From positions 238,826,001 through 238,890,000 of the forward strand of contig NC_086097.1 of the NCBI RefSeq assembly GCF_963921235.1: a stretch of DNA of 64,000 nt. The letters run 5' to 3'. The position numbers were made by a program, and so were the translations under genes. The notes under the pieces are model-generated. The model worked only from the letters and a program-made list of their open reading frames with translations, was not told the origin of the DNA and searched no databases. Shown here one piece after another: positions 62,411-64,000 of this stretch. Every line of letters begins with the position of its first letter. The first letter of the stretch is position 1. Origin of the DNA: Mobula hypostoma. Lineage: Eukaryota.

Positions 62411-64000
62411 TCATGGGAGAACTTACAATGACCAATGATAAACCAACTGGTATGTCTTTGGAATTTGGGAAGAAACCGGAGCACCCGAAGGAAACCCATG
62501 CAGTCATTTGGAGAACGTACACACTCCTTACAGGCAGCCGTGCCATGTTTAGTAGTTTGATTGAAACAGCTTATTCATTCTAATTTTAAACTCTACTTAA
62601 GATACGAAAGAGTTGTAACTTGTATTGTACTTCACAACAAACAGCTGTTACATCTCTTATAAACTGGCAGGAAATAGCACCTTTCTTAGTCTAAGTGGCC
62701 AAATCTGTGATTTTACTTGGACGACTGGATAATGATCATGCTGTTGCAAGCTCAATTGGCAAGGCTGCCCCATTCATCACATGAAGGCAATATCTTTCTC
62801 TTTTGGCCTTTGGCCTTTCATTTCTGCTGGATGGATTGTTTTTGATAAGGGTATTTCATCACCTCTAAATGTCTGTCCAAATAATGTCTTTTTTCTTTAT
62901 CTAATGTATAGCTTAACCCTTTTGTTTAAGAATATATTCATGTCCTCTGATATTCGTACATCCACATTCTTAAATGGTAAACATAAGTTTCAAAACTAAA
63001 TTTCAGTTACTTTGTGAAGCACTTTGTACACCTCTGAAAACCATATCCAATGGGCCATGGTCTTTAGCCTAAGGTCTCTATTCAGAGAAGAATATATTTG
63101 CAAACATTCAGGAATTGTAGAAACAATCCTCAAAAATTCATTATTTTGAAACTTCCCACTGTCCAGTCCAGATTTAATTTCAGATCTGTTCTTTGAAGTT
63201 CTTTATCCCAAAGGCAAGAATCTTTACAATGATATAATAAATCACAGGTTGTGACAAAATACAGTGAGCCTCAAGCATAAGGACAACAAGGAGATAAATT
63301 CAGAATGACTGAATTTTTTATTCACCTGTTTTAATTCCAAGCTTTGCCCTTACCTTCAAGAGTGTGGTGGGCTTCTTGATTATACATTATAAGCAAATAA
63401 ATTTAGTAGAACTAATCTGTTTTCAATTTATTGGTATTCTCCATCTGCTTTTTTATAATATCTTTGCAAGTTATTTAAACATTGGCCAAGAACTAGAATG
63501 ACTAATATTTGACAAAAATACATTTCAATAGAAATTGTCAAACATACAATAGTCGTCTTTTAACCCTATGAAGATCTAGTGATTGAAAACAGGACAACCT
63601 AACTAAACCAACATCATCACAGATTATGTAATTTATGTTGTTAATGAATTACCAAAGGAACTAATGCCAAGTCAGAATAAAAGTAATGTAAAGGAGAGTT
63701 TTTTTTTAATAAAGTAACGGCGACTAGCTAAAATGCAAATCGTGATTTGTGCTAACATACTGTTTGTGAAAAGTCTTTTTATCCCTTCTATGTTCTTTAC
63801 AATAAAAATTAAAACACATTGAATAAAGAAGAGAATTTGTGCTATTTGCAAATTATTTTAGATAATTTATTATTATTTAGATATTTTAGATATATTATTT
63901 TAGAAATGTTCTCATAGCTGCCCTTCAAGAGGAGCACAAGTTTGTCATTGGGTTTGGAGGCTTGCGTGCCTTAATGACCAAGTAACTGCAGCTATGTTAA

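Noticed and set aside
1..64000. CRISPR arrays, operons, prokaryotic defence systems or a host gene
   Set aside because: No regularly spaced repeats or gene-dense coding. All long ORFs are explained by eukaryotic transposable elements. Small exons of a long host gene cannot be excluded by eye.

Overview
This is eukaryotic, vertebrate-type DNA. The mix of repeat families (CR1, V-SINE, Rex/Babar, Penelope-like) suggests a cartilaginous fish, possibly a ray, but that is inference. I found no host protein-coding exon, rRNA, tRNA gene or CRISPR array, so it reads as intergenic or deep-intronic sequence. It is dominated by nested transposable elements: many CR1 and Rex1/Babar LINE 3' fragments; a young 5'-truncated L1 with a 15-bp target-site duplication (TSD); a Tx1 tail; a Gypsy RNaseH-integrase-PPT-LTR remnant; a CpG-rich solo LTR; a Penelope-like element (PLE; RT plus GIY-YIG) with a dozen or more terminal-repeat derivatives; RTE-derived elements and V-SINEs; and Tc1, hAT and Chapaev3-like DNA transposons. 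The most notable structure is at the RNA level. There is an intact minimal hammerhead ribozyme in the PLE terminal repeat (15639-15674). Short TSD-flanked fold-back PLE insertions turn around inside that ribozyme. There is also a weaker HDV-like ribozyme candidate at the 5' end of an RTE-related family. All family assignments come from motif recognition by eye, not database searches, and boundaries of old fragments are approximate.
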